From Bacteroidales bacterium (GTDB lineage: Bacteria > Bacteroidota > Bacteroidia > Bacteroidales > JAGOPY01): a stretch of 64,000 nt of DNA. Under the pieces are notes generated by a model. It searched no databases and was not told the origin of the DNA. It was given only the letters and a program-made list of their open reading frames with translations. This document shows, piece after piece, positions 19,331 to 28,864 of the stretch (positions are counted from its first letter, which is position 1; each line of letters starts with the position of its first letter). The stretch is from the NCBI GenBank assembly GCA_023229505.1, contig JALNZD010000016.1, forward strand, positions 1,604 to 65,603, read 5' to 3'. A program made the position numbers and the translations under genes.

Positions 19331-20173
19331 ATGAGAAAGATATTTTTGATCATACCAGCTATTTTTATATTTCTTACGTCTTGCACCGAGCGCATTGACA
19401 TTAAACTGGATGATTCCTTTACACGACTGGTTGTTTACGGTGCCATAACAACTGATACCACGCGGCATTATATCGAATTATCCACTACTTCCAGTTATTA
19501 TTACAATGAAGCTCCGCCGCCTGTTACAGGTGCCAGCCTGGAAATCTCTGATGATCAGGGTAATACGGAAAGCCTTACAGAATTGGAACCCGGAAAATAC
19601 GCGACTTCTCCCCTGTTCTTCGCCTTACCGGGAAGAACATATACCCTTAGAATTGAATTGGCAGGGGAGCTAAACGGACACAAAACTTATCTGGCAACTT
19701 CATCTGTTAACCCCATTTACCCGATTGATTCAATCGGATTAGTTTACCAGCCCGACTGGGGAGAAAAAGGTTTTTATGAAGTCACCTGTTACTACCAGGA
19801 TCCCCCCACCAGGGACTTCTATATGTTTAACATTTTTAAAAACGGCGAAATGCTTACCGATACCATCAGAAACCGGTTTGTCATCGATGATGGATTCTTC
19901 AACGGTAATTATACCAATGGAATTGGCGTAGGTTTCCTCAATCAGGCAAACGAAAGGGAAGTGCTTAGGGTTGGCGACACAATTACTTTCCAGGGTTGCA
20001 ACATTACCGAAGAATATTTTAATTTCGTCCAGACTCTGCAATCTGAAACCGGTTTTCAGAATCCGTTGTTCAGCGGCCCGCCGGCAAATGTCAAAAGCAA
20101 TATCAGTAACGGCGCCGTAGGTTTTTTTGCTGCTTATGCAGTAGCCTATTCCAGAAAGGTTTTTCAACCTTAA
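19331..20173 (+). CDS. DUF4249-type lipoprotein partner of the TonB-dependent receptor
   Basis: Lipobox FLTSC. The gene lies 2 bp after the receptor stop. Size and sequence are typical of DUF4249 as recalled. Confidence 0.7.
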   Translation: MRKIFLIIPAIFIFLTSCTERIDIKLDDSFTRLVVYGAITTDTTRHYIELSTTSSYYYNEAPPPVTGASLEISDDQGNTESLTELEPGKYATSPLFFALPGRTYTLRIELAGELNGHKTYLATSSVNPIYPIDSIGLVYQPDWGEKGFYEVTCYYQDPPTRDFYMFNIFKNGEMLTDTIRNRFVIDDGFFNGNYTNGIGVGFLNQANEREVLRVGDTITFQGCNITEEYFNFVQTLQSETGFQNPLFSGPPANVKSNISNGAVGFFAAYAVAYSRKVFQP

Positions 20174-20190
20174 AAAAATATTTCCCAACC

Positions 20191-20219
20191 GACCGGGTAT
20201 ATTTTTCATTTTTCCGGAT
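20191..20219 (+). repeat. 29-bp dispersed motif, copy 2
   Basis: Identical to 12245-12273. It starts 18 bp after a stop codon, and its upstream flank is also similar (AAATnTTTCnC). Confidence 0.9.
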
Positions 20220-20561
20220 AAACAAGAAAAAGGATTCATGTTTGTCCGGTATCATCGTGGGTTGGCCACCCGGATATTCCTCTTATTCTATTGAGTAAAC
20301 GGACAAATTTGAATTTAGTTATTGATTCAAAAAAAATCTGGCTTACAATCTAATTTACTACACTGCTCTTCCTGTTTAATTATACAGGTTGATAATCATC
20401 GAATTACTCTTGATAACAGGAGCAGCGGCGCCGGTTCTTCCTTTCGGACAGCTTATCGGAAATATGTTGGGGTGGAATTGTTGGACTGCGAAAGTGGAAA
20501 TATGCCCGGTTGCCGAAAAGGGCTGATAGAGTAGGCGAAATTGAAATTAAACCAACGGATT

Positions 20562-21071
20562 ATGAAAAAAATACTTTTTACTTTTGTTATCCTTCTGGCT
20601 ATAATAGCCAATGGACAAGCGCAGGAAAAGCTGAAGATCGGTGAAATAAAGAACGGTAAGTTCCAGGTCACCAATCCGGATGCTTTGAAAGCTTTCTTTA
20701 TGAACAGCCTGGGAAATAGCGGAGCCTTGGGGAAAGATTTCCAGGTCAGCACAGCGCCGGAAGGCGACCGCTTCTTTGTTTATTACCCTGTATCCGGAAA
20801 TAAGGATAAAGTGACAAATATAGGTGTGATGCTAGTTAAAATTAAGAATGATGCTTTTATTGTCGAAAATCCACCTGATCCCATCCCAAACGCACCCGGG
20901 GGTGGTGGAAGTGCCACATTTACATGCACCGGTAATCCATGTGAATCATGCACTCCTGATATTACATGGCCGATAGGGAATTGGATTCCATTGATCATGT
21001 GTAATTGTGAAGGTGGTGGCCATTGTAACATGTCAATCTCCTTCTCAATCAATATTAATATTGGTTTCTAA
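20562..21071 (+). CDS. secreted protein with Gly-rich linker and Cys-rich C-terminal module
   Basis: Signal peptide MKKILFTFVILLAIIANGQAQ. The C-terminus is GGGGSATFTCTGNPCESCTPDITWPIGNWIPLIMCNCEGGGHCNMS (7 Cys). Confidence 0.55.
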   Translation: MKKILFTFVILLAIIANGQAQEKLKIGEIKNGKFQVTNPDALKAFFMNSLGNSGALGKDFQVSTAPEGDRFFVYYPVSGNKDKVTNIGVMLVKIKNDAFIVENPPDPIPNAPGGGGSATFTCTGNPCESCTPDITWPIGNWIPLIMCNCEGGGHCNMSISFSININIGF

Positions 21072-21086
21072 AATGATAATTTACTC

Positions 21087-21159
21087 AGTGTAAACTCTTT
21101 CAGATTGAAATATCGGATAAGATAAATTAATTAAAATCCTCTCTGAAGGAGTTTACACT
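21087..21159. repeat. long inverted repeat between two co-directional genes
   Basis: AGTGTAAACTCTTTCAG (21087-21103) and CTGAAGGAGTTTACACT (21143-21159), with 16/17 complementary and a 39-nt loop. Confidence 0.75.
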
Positions 21160-21187
21160 TTCCTTTACCCAATTTAAGCTAATTAAT

Positions 21188-22345
21188 ATGAAAACACGGC
21201 TACTCCTGATCTTTCTTCTCTCTGCCAATGTGCTATTTTCCCAAGTAAGCAGTGAAAAGTCACAATCCGGAGATCCATTTCTAAATTCGGTCTTAAAAAT
21301 ATTCTTCCTCGAAAATATTTCCTATGAAGTCTCTTCCAAAAAAAAGGCATTATTTGACTTGGATACGGCATATTCTCAAGCAAAGGTTACAGTCAAAAAG
21401 CAAGGTGACTCCATCATCTTTTTACATATTATAAACTCTACCCAACAGGATGAATTACTGCTTTATAGTGATTCCGTATGGTACGTTCGTCATCAGGAAA
21501 AAGAATTGCGGTTTATTGGAAAAGGAATCGATGGTGCAGGTAGAAATTATTTATTGGAACATTTCCCTGTTAGTTTATACACTATAGATACACTAATTAA
21601 TCAAGTGAACCCATTTTGGAGAATCATCAGAGAAAATGAACTATATAATTTGGTTTCAATTGACATTGCGACTAAACCAGAGGAGGTTTCTGACCTTCGG
21701 GTGGAAATCTTGATAAAGCATTCTGACAGCCTGATTTATTCAATGATACAAGATGTTGGTTTCAAGGGAATGACTGTCCGTCTTTTTCAAGAGGAAACCT
21801 TCCGGAATTATACTTTCCCTACGACTGATCAAGTCGTATTGCCTGCCTGTTTCAATGATTATAAGAAGATTATTCCAGACTATATAGCTATAGATGGACT
21901 TGAGAAATCACAATCGGATAGCGTGAAACAGGATATTTTTTTACAATCCATAGAACTGTATGATTTGGAAGAAAATCCTTTCAGACTGCCGGAAGAAGGA
22001 TTGATCTTTTTCGATCTATGGTACGTAGGTTGTTTTCCCTGCATGAAAGCTGCACCGGTGATCGAAAAACTCTTCAATGAATATAAAGACAGTATTCATT
22101 TTTACAGTGTAAATGAAGTCGACTCCGACAAGGAAAAGATTAAGCGGTTTATGGACATGAAAAACATTTCATTTCCTGTGCTGCTTGGTGGCAAAGAAAA
22201 ACTTGCCGTTAAGGTCAATGGCAGAAGTGGTTATCCGCTATTTATCCTGATGGATGCCCAAAGCGGCAAAGTATTATGGAAATTAGAAGGATATACGGAA
22301 AACCTTGAAGAACTTATAAAAAATGCCATCGACCAAAACCTTTGA
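21188..22345 (+). CDS. secreted TlpA/ResA-like thiol-disulfide oxidoreductase with N-terminal extra domain
   Basis: Signal peptide, followed by a C-terminal thioredoxin fold with WYVGCFPCMKAAP (CxxC). Confidence 0.75.
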   Translation: MKTRLLLIFLLSANVLFSQVSSEKSQSGDPFLNSVLKIFFLENISYEVSSKKKALFDLDTAYSQAKVTVKKQGDSIIFLHIINSTQQDELLLYSDSVWYVRHQEKELRFIGKGIDGAGRNYLLEHFPVSLYTIDTLINQVNPFWRIIRENELYNLVSIDIATKPEEVSDLRVEILIKHSDSLIYSMIQDVGFKGMTVRLFQEETFRNYTFPTTDQVVLPACFNDYKKIIPDYIAIDGLEKSQSDSVKQDIFLQSIELYDLEENPFRLPEEGLIFFDLWYVGCFPCMKAAPVIEKLFNEYKDSIHFYSVNEVDSDKEKIKRFMDMKNISFPVLLGGKEKLAVKVNGRSGYPLFILMDAQSGKVLWKLEGYTENLEELIKNAIDQNL

Positions 22346-22403
22346 TGATTACCCGGCCATACTTTAATTATGTTCAGACCTTCAGGATATATATCACTTT
22401 TTG

Positions 22404-23516
22404 ATGAAATCAATCTTAATAACAATTTCGTTTTTGCTGATATGGGCATATTCGCAAAGCCAGCCGGGTGCAACTGACCTGCAAAAACAACTGGATGAAT
22501 TAAGATCCAGGATCAAAATACTGGAGAAAGAGAATGATAAACTGAAGTCGGAAAGCAGATCGAACGACAGTGTGGCTTATTGCACCTTGCGTTACGAAAT
22601 ATTCGAAGCTTTCACGAATGTTTCACAACTTGATTTCGATTTTAAGAATACAGCCGATAAAATTGCTGTAACCGGCTTGTTTACCAAGTTAATGCAGGCA
22701 AACAACCCGACCAGCGATATCCTCGGTTTCCGGTTCACTGAAATAATTTTTTCTGCCTCGGAAAAGCATTTTAAAGAGGCATTGAAAGATGAAGGAGATA
22801 AAAAAAGATTTTCGCAGGTCATCAGTAAAATCATTGATAATCCGGTTGTTTCCTCACTCGCTAATACTAATCCGGTCACTTCTGTTGTGGCGGCCATCAT
22901 CAACATTGTTGCCGGTTTTACAACCTCACGGACTGAAGTTGAAAAAGAAGGTGGCCGGATCAAAGATGTCACTGTTGAACAGCAGGATGCTTTTGAGAAT
23001 AGAGGAATTTCAGCCTTCCGAAATGAATTGAAGGAATACATTGACTTTTATGATGCGCTCATTATTGCTTCCTGTGATTACCTGGAAGGTCTTGATGCAC
23101 TTAATAGAAAGTTCGCTAATCTCATCCAGTCGGTAACGGATTACAAAAAGGAACTCTACACTGAACTTGATTTCAAAGAAAGCAACCTGCTGATGCAACT
23201 GGCAAAGTTATTACCGGACCCTGCTGCAGATGGCATCAATTATAGCGGCATCATTCATGACCCTAAAATTCAGAAGAGCCAGCTTCTTGCAAGAAAATAC
23301 CCGGTCCTGCAGCAGGCTGTCAGCTCTTTCAAAAAAGAATATAACACCCTCCTTTTTAATTTCTTATCGGATTATATCAAAACCCTGAAAACGGCCAGGG
23401 ACTTCCCCAGCGGGGATATAGATAAAACTAAGACCGATGCCCTGGTTACTGATATTGAAACCTTTATCAACAGTCAGAAAGGCAAAGAACGGGAAGAGCT
23501 GGATGCATTCAGATAA
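22404..23516 (+). CDS. secreted coiled-coil hypothetical protein
   Basis: Signal peptide and then LQKQLDELRSRIKILEKENDKLK. No further motif was recognised. Confidence 0.5.
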   Translation: MKSILITISFLLIWAYSQSQPGATDLQKQLDELRSRIKILEKENDKLKSESRSNDSVAYCTLRYEIFEAFTNVSQLDFDFKNTADKIAVTGLFTKLMQANNPTSDILGFRFTEIIFSASEKHFKEALKDEGDKKRFSQVISKIIDNPVVSSLANTNPVTSVVAAIINIVAGFTTSRTEVEKEGGRIKDVTVEQQDAFENRGISAFRNELKEYIDFYDALIIASCDYLEGLDALNRKFANLIQSVTDYKKELYTELDFKESNLLMQLAKLLPDPAADGINYSGIIHDPKIQKSQLLARKYPVLQQAVSSFKKEYNTLLFNFLSDYIKTLKTARDFPSGDIDKTKTDALVTDIETFINSQKGKEREELDAFR

Positions 23517-23614
23517 AGTTTGAAACCCATTCTATGTATCTTTGTCACTAAAGTAGCTAAAACCAAAACTTTGGTTTCTAATTTCAAATTTCTATTTTCA
23601 AATTTCTAATTTTA

Positions 23615-24751
23615 ATGATTACCATTATTGCCGATGATCACATCCCTTTCCTGAAAGGCGTTCTCGAACCTTTCGCAAAGATTATTTATACGAAAGGCGG
23701 CCAGATTGACCACAAACTCGCCCTGCAGGCTGACGGGTTGGTTATCCGGACAAGAACATTTTGTAATGCCAGCCTGCTGGAAGGAACACCGGTGAGGTTT
23801 ATCGCCACGGCTACCATCGGTTTTGATCATATCGACACGGATTATTGTTCAAAAAAGGAGATCAGCTGGCATCATGCCCCCGGGTGCAATGCTTCGTCTG
23901 TCAGGCAATATCTGGCATCCGCCCTGGTCAATCTGGCATTAAGACATAAATTCAGCCTGCAGGGCAAGAAGATCGGTATTATTGGCGTAGGGCACGTCGG
24001 TAGCAAAATAGCCCAGCTTGCCAGTGCACTGGGCATGGTTCCCCTGCTCAATGACCCCCCCAGGGAAAGATCTGAAAATATAGGTGGTTTTGTATCCCTT
24101 GAAGAAATACAGGAAACCGCTGATATCATTACTTTCCATGTGCCCCTCACCCATGAAGGTCCGGATAAAACATATCACATGGCGGATAAGGAGTTTTTTA
24201 AAAAGCTCAGAAAAAAACCATTGCTCATTAATACCGCACGTGGCCCTGTTATCGATACTCATTTAGTTAAAGACACCGTCTGCAGAGGTGAAATTTCCGG
24301 ATTTGCTGCCGATGTATGGGAAAATGAACCAAATCCTGACAGAGAACTGCTGGAAATAGCCGGCATTGCCACTCCCCACATCGCAGGTTATTCCGTGGAA
24401 GGCAAAGCAAACGGAACAGTTGCCTGCGTGCAGGCCGCCAGCCGCTTCTTCAACTTCGGAATTGATGATTGGTATCCATCGCCCCTACCACTTCCTGAAA
24501 ATCCGCTGATTGAAATAAATGCCCGGGGCAATACAAATGAGCTGGTAATATTCGAATCTATTCTTGCAAGCTATGATGTTCGGCATGATGATGCCATCTT
24601 CCGGAAGGATCCTTCCCAATTCGAAAACCTCCGGAATCATTACCCGGTCAGACGCGAGTTTGGCGCATACCGGGTACATATTTCAAATTCAAGGACAGAA
24701 CTTCTATCAATGCTGCATAAAATTGGATTTTCTTCGAGTTCTGAGTTCTGA
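23615..24751 (+). CDS. pdxB: 4-phosphoerythronate dehydrogenase
   Basis: D-2-hydroxyacid dehydrogenase fold with GIIGVGHVGS and the PdxB-specific C-terminal dimerisation domain. The protein is 378 aa. Confidence 0.85.
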   Translation: MITIIADDHIPFLKGVLEPFAKIIYTKGGQIDHKLALQADGLVIRTRTFCNASLLEGTPVRFIATATIGFDHIDTDYCSKKEISWHHAPGCNASSVRQYLASALVNLALRHKFSLQGKKIGIIGVGHVGSKIAQLASALGMVPLLNDPPRERSENIGGFVSLEEIQETADIITFHVPLTHEGPDKTYHMADKEFFKKLRKKPLLINTARGPVIDTHLVKDTVCRGEISGFAADVWENEPNPDRELLEIAGIATPHIAGYSVEGKANGTVACVQAASRFFNFGIDDWYPSPLPLPENPLIEINARGNTNELVIFESILASYDVRHDDAIFRKDPSQFENLRNHYPVRREFGAYRVHISNSRTELLSMLHKIGFSSSSEF

Positions 24752-24819
24752 GTTTTATCTTCTGTCTTTTGTCTTCTGTCTTCTGTCTTACGGTTTTTTA
24801 ATTTTAATTTTTAATTTTG
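24736..24819. repeat. microsatellite block: (GAGTTCT)x3, (TTCTGTC)x4, (TTTTAAT)x3
   Basis: Direct reading. The first unit set overlaps the last codons and the stop of pdxB. Confidence 0.9.
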
Positions 24820-24869
24820 TCTGTTGTCATCTCAATTCACTATTTTTCACAACGTAACTATGCCCGAAA

Positions 24870-26915
24870 ATGAGCAAACCGATTGTTGACCGTGCTGCCG
24901 ACAATATCCGCATTTTATCCGCCGCCATGGTGGAGAAATCCAACTCCGGCCATCCTGGCGGAGCAATGGGAGGTGCTGATTACATCAACATCCTTTTCAC
25001 TGAATTTCTGAATTTCGATCCGGATGATCCCACCTGGCCCTTGCGCGACCGATTTTTCCTCGATCCCGGCCACATGTCGCCCATGCTTTATTCCATCCTC
25101 CATCTGTGTGGATATTTCTCCACAGAAGACCTGCAAAATTTCCGGCAATGGAATAGCGTAACGCCAGGCCACCCTGAGCTTGACCTGCTCCGCGGGATTG
25201 AAAACACATCGGGGCCGCTGGGGCAGGGACATGTGATAGCAGTGGGAGCCGCTATTGCAGAGCGTTTCCTTGCTGCGCGCTTCGGGGAATGGATGTCACA
25301 TAAAACCTTTGCCTATCTTTCCGACGGAAGCATAGAGGAAGAAATTTCCCAGGGAGCGGGTCGCATCGCGGGGTATCTGGGGTTAAATAACCTGATCATG
25401 TTTTACGATTCCAACGGTATCCAACTCTCCACAAAAGTCAATGAAGTTACCTGTGAAAATACAGCCGCGAAATACGAAGCCTGGGGCTGGTATGTGCAAT
25501 CCATCAACGGCAACAATGCCGGTGAAATCAGGCAGGCTTTGCAGAATGCTGTGACCGGGAAACATCGTCCTTGTCTTATCATCGGTAAAACGATTATGGG
25601 TTTTGGGACCCTTTCGGAAGATGGTAAAAAAATGGAAGGCCTCGGTTCTACTCACGGACAACCACTTTCCAAAGCAGGGGCTTCTATTGAGAAAACTATC
25701 CTTAACCTGGGCGGCGATCCGGCAAGACCCTTCCAGGTATTCCCTGATGTCAAAGAATATTACACCCGGATTTTGAGCAAAAAAAGAGATCAGACTGATT
25801 CCAGGAAAGCCACACAGCATACATGGGAGGATCTTAATCCCGGACTAACTGCCACATGGAAAAAGTGTATCGCCAATGAACCGCCTTACATTGATTACAA
25901 AGCTATCCCCCTCAAACCTGATGCGGCAACCCGCAATACATCAGGGGATGTCCTTGCTTACTATTCAGCTCACTTAGGTAATATGATCGTAATGTCAGCC
26001 GACCTTTCGAACAGTGACAAGACAGAAGGATTTCTCAAATCATCCAAACCTTTTAAACCGGGTGACTTTACCGGCGGGTTCCTGAATGCAGGCGTTTCCG
26101 AGCTGACCATGGCCGCAATTGCAAACGGCATCGCCTTGCATGGAGGTATATTTGTGGCTTGCGGCACTTTCTTTGTTTTCTCGGATTATATGAAACCGGC
26201 CATACGCCTGGCTGCCCTGATGCGTTTACCGGTGAAATACGTTTTCACCCACGACTCTTTCCGTGTCGGAGAAGATGGCCCGACGCACCAGCCGGTGGAG
26301 CAAGAGATGCAGCTCCGGTTGCTGGAACAACTTAAAAATCACCACGGTGGTAACGGACTGCTGGTTCTTCGCCCCGCTGACGGCGCCGAAACTATTGCCG
26401 CCTGGAAGATGGCTGTGGAAAACACTAAAAGCCCTACTGCCCTGATACTGTCCCGCCAGAATATCAAAGATATCCCTGCCCTTCCCGGTGGTTCCCGCTT
26501 TGAACAAGCCGGGCAGATCTGCAAAGGGGCCTATATTGTCAGGGACACCAGTGGAAAGCCCGATATCATCATGCTGGCCAACGGATCGGAAGTATCTACG
26601 CTGGTGGAAAGCGCTGATCTGCTTGAAATAGAGAAAGGCATTCATGCCAGGGTTGTTTCGGCCCCTTCGGAAGGTTTGTTCCGCCTCCAGGATAAAGCGT
26701 ATCAAATAAGTGTCATACCGGAAGATGTCCCTGTATTTGGACTTACAGCAGGACTTCCCGTCACCCTCCAGGGACTTGCAGGATGCAAAGGGAAGGTTTT
26801 CGGGCTTGACCACTTCGGCTTCTCCGCCCCTTACCAGGTCCTGGATGAAAAATTCGGATTTTCACCGGAGAACGTGGTGAATCAAGTGACAGAATTTTTG
26901 AAATTTGAAACTTGA
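24870..26915 (+). CDS. tkt: transketolase
   Basis: SGHPGGAMG TPP motif. The protein is 681 aa, with the pyrimidine-binding and C-terminal domains recognisable. Confidence 0.95.
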   Translation: MSKPIVDRAADNIRILSAAMVEKSNSGHPGGAMGGADYINILFTEFLNFDPDDPTWPLRDRFFLDPGHMSPMLYSILHLCGYFSTEDLQNFRQWNSVTPGHPELDLLRGIENTSGPLGQGHVIAVGAAIAERFLAARFGEWMSHKTFAYLSDGSIEEEISQGAGRIAGYLGLNNLIMFYDSNGIQLSTKVNEVTCENTAAKYEAWGWYVQSINGNNAGEIRQALQNAVTGKHRPCLIIGKTIMGFGTLSEDGKKMEGLGSTHGQPLSKAGASIEKTILNLGGDPARPFQVFPDVKEYYTRILSKKRDQTDSRKATQHTWEDLNPGLTATWKKCIANEPPYIDYKAIPLKPDAATRNTSGDVLAYYSAHLGNMIVMSADLSNSDKTEGFLKSSKPFKPGDFTGGFLNAGVSELTMAAIANGIALHGGIFVACGTFFVFSDYMKPAIRLAALMRLPVKYVFTHDSFRVGEDGPTHQPVEQEMQLRLLEQLKNHHGGNGLLVLRPADGAETIAAWKMAVENTKSPTALILSRQNIKDIPALPGGSRFEQAGQICKGAYIVRDTSGKPDIIMLANGSEVSTLVESADLLEIEKGIHARVVSAPSEGLFRLQDKAYQISVIPEDVPVFGLTAGLPVTLQGLAGCKGKVFGLDHFGFSAPYQVLDEKFGFSPENVVNQVTEFLKFET

Positions 26916-26956
26916 TATTTGGAATTCTTTAATCGAAAATTGAGTCCGTTCCTGAT

Positions 26957-27367
26957 TTAAGAATAACCATATTCCTCATAGAACTTCCGGATGACAGAAT
27001 CGAGGTCATCAAAAACCACATAATGATTTTTGCACCCGTTTCTTGAACAAACACTCACTCTTCCACCAACATCTGCATTAAAAGAAACCATAGGAGCATC
27101 GCAGATATCACAGGTAACATTTTTTCTCTTGAGATTCTCTTTGCAATGTGGGCAAGTTAATACAACTATTTCATTGTCAGGTATATGAAATTCTGAACTG
27201 TAATTATAATCTCCGTAAATCGAACTCAACCACATCGTTCCCTTTTGATTGTTGGAAGTTTCGATATGTAGTCTGATTCCTGGTTTATTATTGATGAGAT
27301 GATTCCCGTCCATTAGCGATTCATCGCAATGAGGGCACCTGACTGATAATGCAATTACCTTTGTCAT
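26957..27367 (-). CDS. four-CxxC zinc-ribbon protein, last gene of the hydrogenase operon
   Basis: CPHC...CPHC...CDIC...CSRNGC pattern. The gene lies 27 bp downstream of mvhA. It is a paralog of 37951-38433. Confidence 0.6.
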   Translation of the reverse strand: MTKVIALSVRCPHCDESLMDGNHLINNKPGIRLHIETSNNQKGTMWLSSIYGDYNYSSEFHIPDNEIVVLTCPHCKENLKRKNVTCDICDAPMVSFNADVGGRVSVCSRNGCKNHYVVFDDLDSVIRKFYEEYGYS

Positions 27368-27394
27368 ATTTCAGGATTTTATAGATTAATGATA

Positions 27395-28864
27395 TCATGA
27401 CCCTTTCCTAATGATTGTTTGAATTATTTTTCCATTTGCATCCCTGACCTTTACTTCCATTGGCATCTTTCCGGGCAAATGGTGAGTTGCGCAGGAAAAG
27501 CAAGGATCATATGCACGGAAAGCCATTTCGATTAAATTAAGTTTCCCTTCATCAACCTCTTCTCCAGGCCGGATCAGTTGCATTGCAGCCATTTTAATTG
27601 AAAGGCAGATTGCGCCGTTGTTGTTCGTGGTACCAACAATAAGATTAACCTTTTTAGTTATACCTTTTTCATCAGTAAAATAATGATGCGTGAGCGTACC
27701 TCGTTGCGCTTCCACTGTACCAACCCCTTCACCGACGATTTTCCCCAAAGGAGCTCTGAGGTCAGTGCCGGTAATATCCGGATCATGTGTAAGTTCCAGG
27801 CAGTGCTCGGCGGCATAGAGTAGCTCGATCAGCCTGGCCCAATGCATGGCCATAGTAAAATGGACAGGTTTGGTCCCGAAAGTATCAAACATTTTAGCAT
27901 ATTCCACGTTTGCGAGAGGTGTGGCCATACCATCAGCCACATTCAACCGCGATAAAGGTGTTGCCATGTATAGGCCTGATTGCTGACCTTCAATTAAACC
28001 TTTCCATCCGATTTGTTTCAAATACGGAAATTTTAAATAACTCCAGGATTCCACGTGCTCTTCGATGAAATCCAGGTAATCCTTCGGTTCATATTTGCAT
28101 ATTTCGTTTCCAACAGTATCAACTACTCTCACCTTGCCATCATAAAAATTAACATAATTATGCTCATCAACCAGGCCCATGGAATGCAATGTCAACCGGT
28201 AGGGGCCATTCGTAATAAGGTCAAGATAATCGGGATTGCCCAGCACAACATTCTCAAACAGTTGAAGACTAAATTTGGCAAAATCGACAAATCCTCTGGC
28301 TTTTTTCTCCACATCATCCCTCTCTTGTTCTGTTAATCCTTTTCTGACCCCACCCGGAATATTCATAACCACATGAGTCTGATGCCCTCCAAGTAAAGCC
28401 TGTATCTCCTGGGCAAATCTTCTTTGTTTGATCACCTCAGCCACGATTTCCTTTCCAACTTTTCCTATGACACCAAGAAGATTCCGCTCCATTGGAGGAG
28501 CCGTCGGGCCAACAATAAAATCAGGCGCAGCCAGAGCGTAAAAGTGAGCAATATGGCTGTGTACAAAGTGGGCCATATAAAATAACTCACGTAACTTTTT
28601 AGCCGTAGGTGGAGGAACCAGGCCGTATACAGCATCCAAGGCCTTTCCTGAGGCCATGTGATGGCAACCGGGACAAACGCCGCAGATTTTTGTAACAATT
28701 TGAGGCAATTCTTCAACTGGGCGTCCTTCACAGAACTTTTCAAATCCTCTCAATTCCGGCACCTGGAAAAAAGCGTTTTCGACATTACCATTATCATCCA
28801 GTAAAATTTCTATTTTACCGTGACCTTCCAATCGGGTGATCGGGTCAATTGTGATCTGTTTCAT
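27395..28864 (-). CDS. mvhA: [NiFe] hydrogenase large subunit, Mvh/group 3c-like
   Basis: N-terminal RLEGHG and KICGVCPGCH, and C-terminal DPCFSCATH followed by a 28-aa extension. Confidence 0.9.
   Translation of the reverse strand: MKQITIDPITRLEGHGKIEILLDDNGNVENAFFQVPELRGFEKFCEGRPVEELPQIVTKICGVCPGCHHMASGKALDAVYGLVPPPTAKKLRELFYMAHFVHSHIAHFYALAAPDFIVGPTAPPMERNLLGVIGKVGKEIVAEVIKQRRFAQEIQALLGGHQTHVVMNIPGGVRKGLTEQERDDVEKKARGFVDFAKFSLQLFENVVLGNPDYLDLITNGPYRLTLHSMGLVDEHNYVNFYDGKVRVVDTVGNEICKYEPKDYLDFIEEHVESWSYLKFPYLKQIGWKGLIEGQQSGLYMATPLSRLNVADGMATPLANVEYAKMFDTFGTKPVHFTMAMHWARLIELLYAAEHCLELTHDPDITGTDLRAPLGKIVGEGVGTVEAQRGTLTHHYFTDEKGITKKVNLIVGTTNNNGAICLSIKMAAMQLIRPGEEVDEGKLNLIEMAFRAYDPCFSCATHHLPGKMPMEVKVRDANGKIIQTIIRKGS

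Noticed and set aside
19739-20239. 166-aa minus-strand ORF overlapping the DUF4249 gene and the 29-bp motif
   Set aside because: It is antisense to a gene that has a clear lipoprotein signal and operon context, and it has no motifs.
20240-20560. Possible riboswitch or leader RNA upstream of the Cys-rich protein gene (repeated GGAAATATG words, GC-rich patches)
   Set aside because: I could not match it by eye to any riboswitch consensus I know (cobalamin, TPP, SAM, and others). It is left as an unannotated leader. A covariance-model scan would be decisive.
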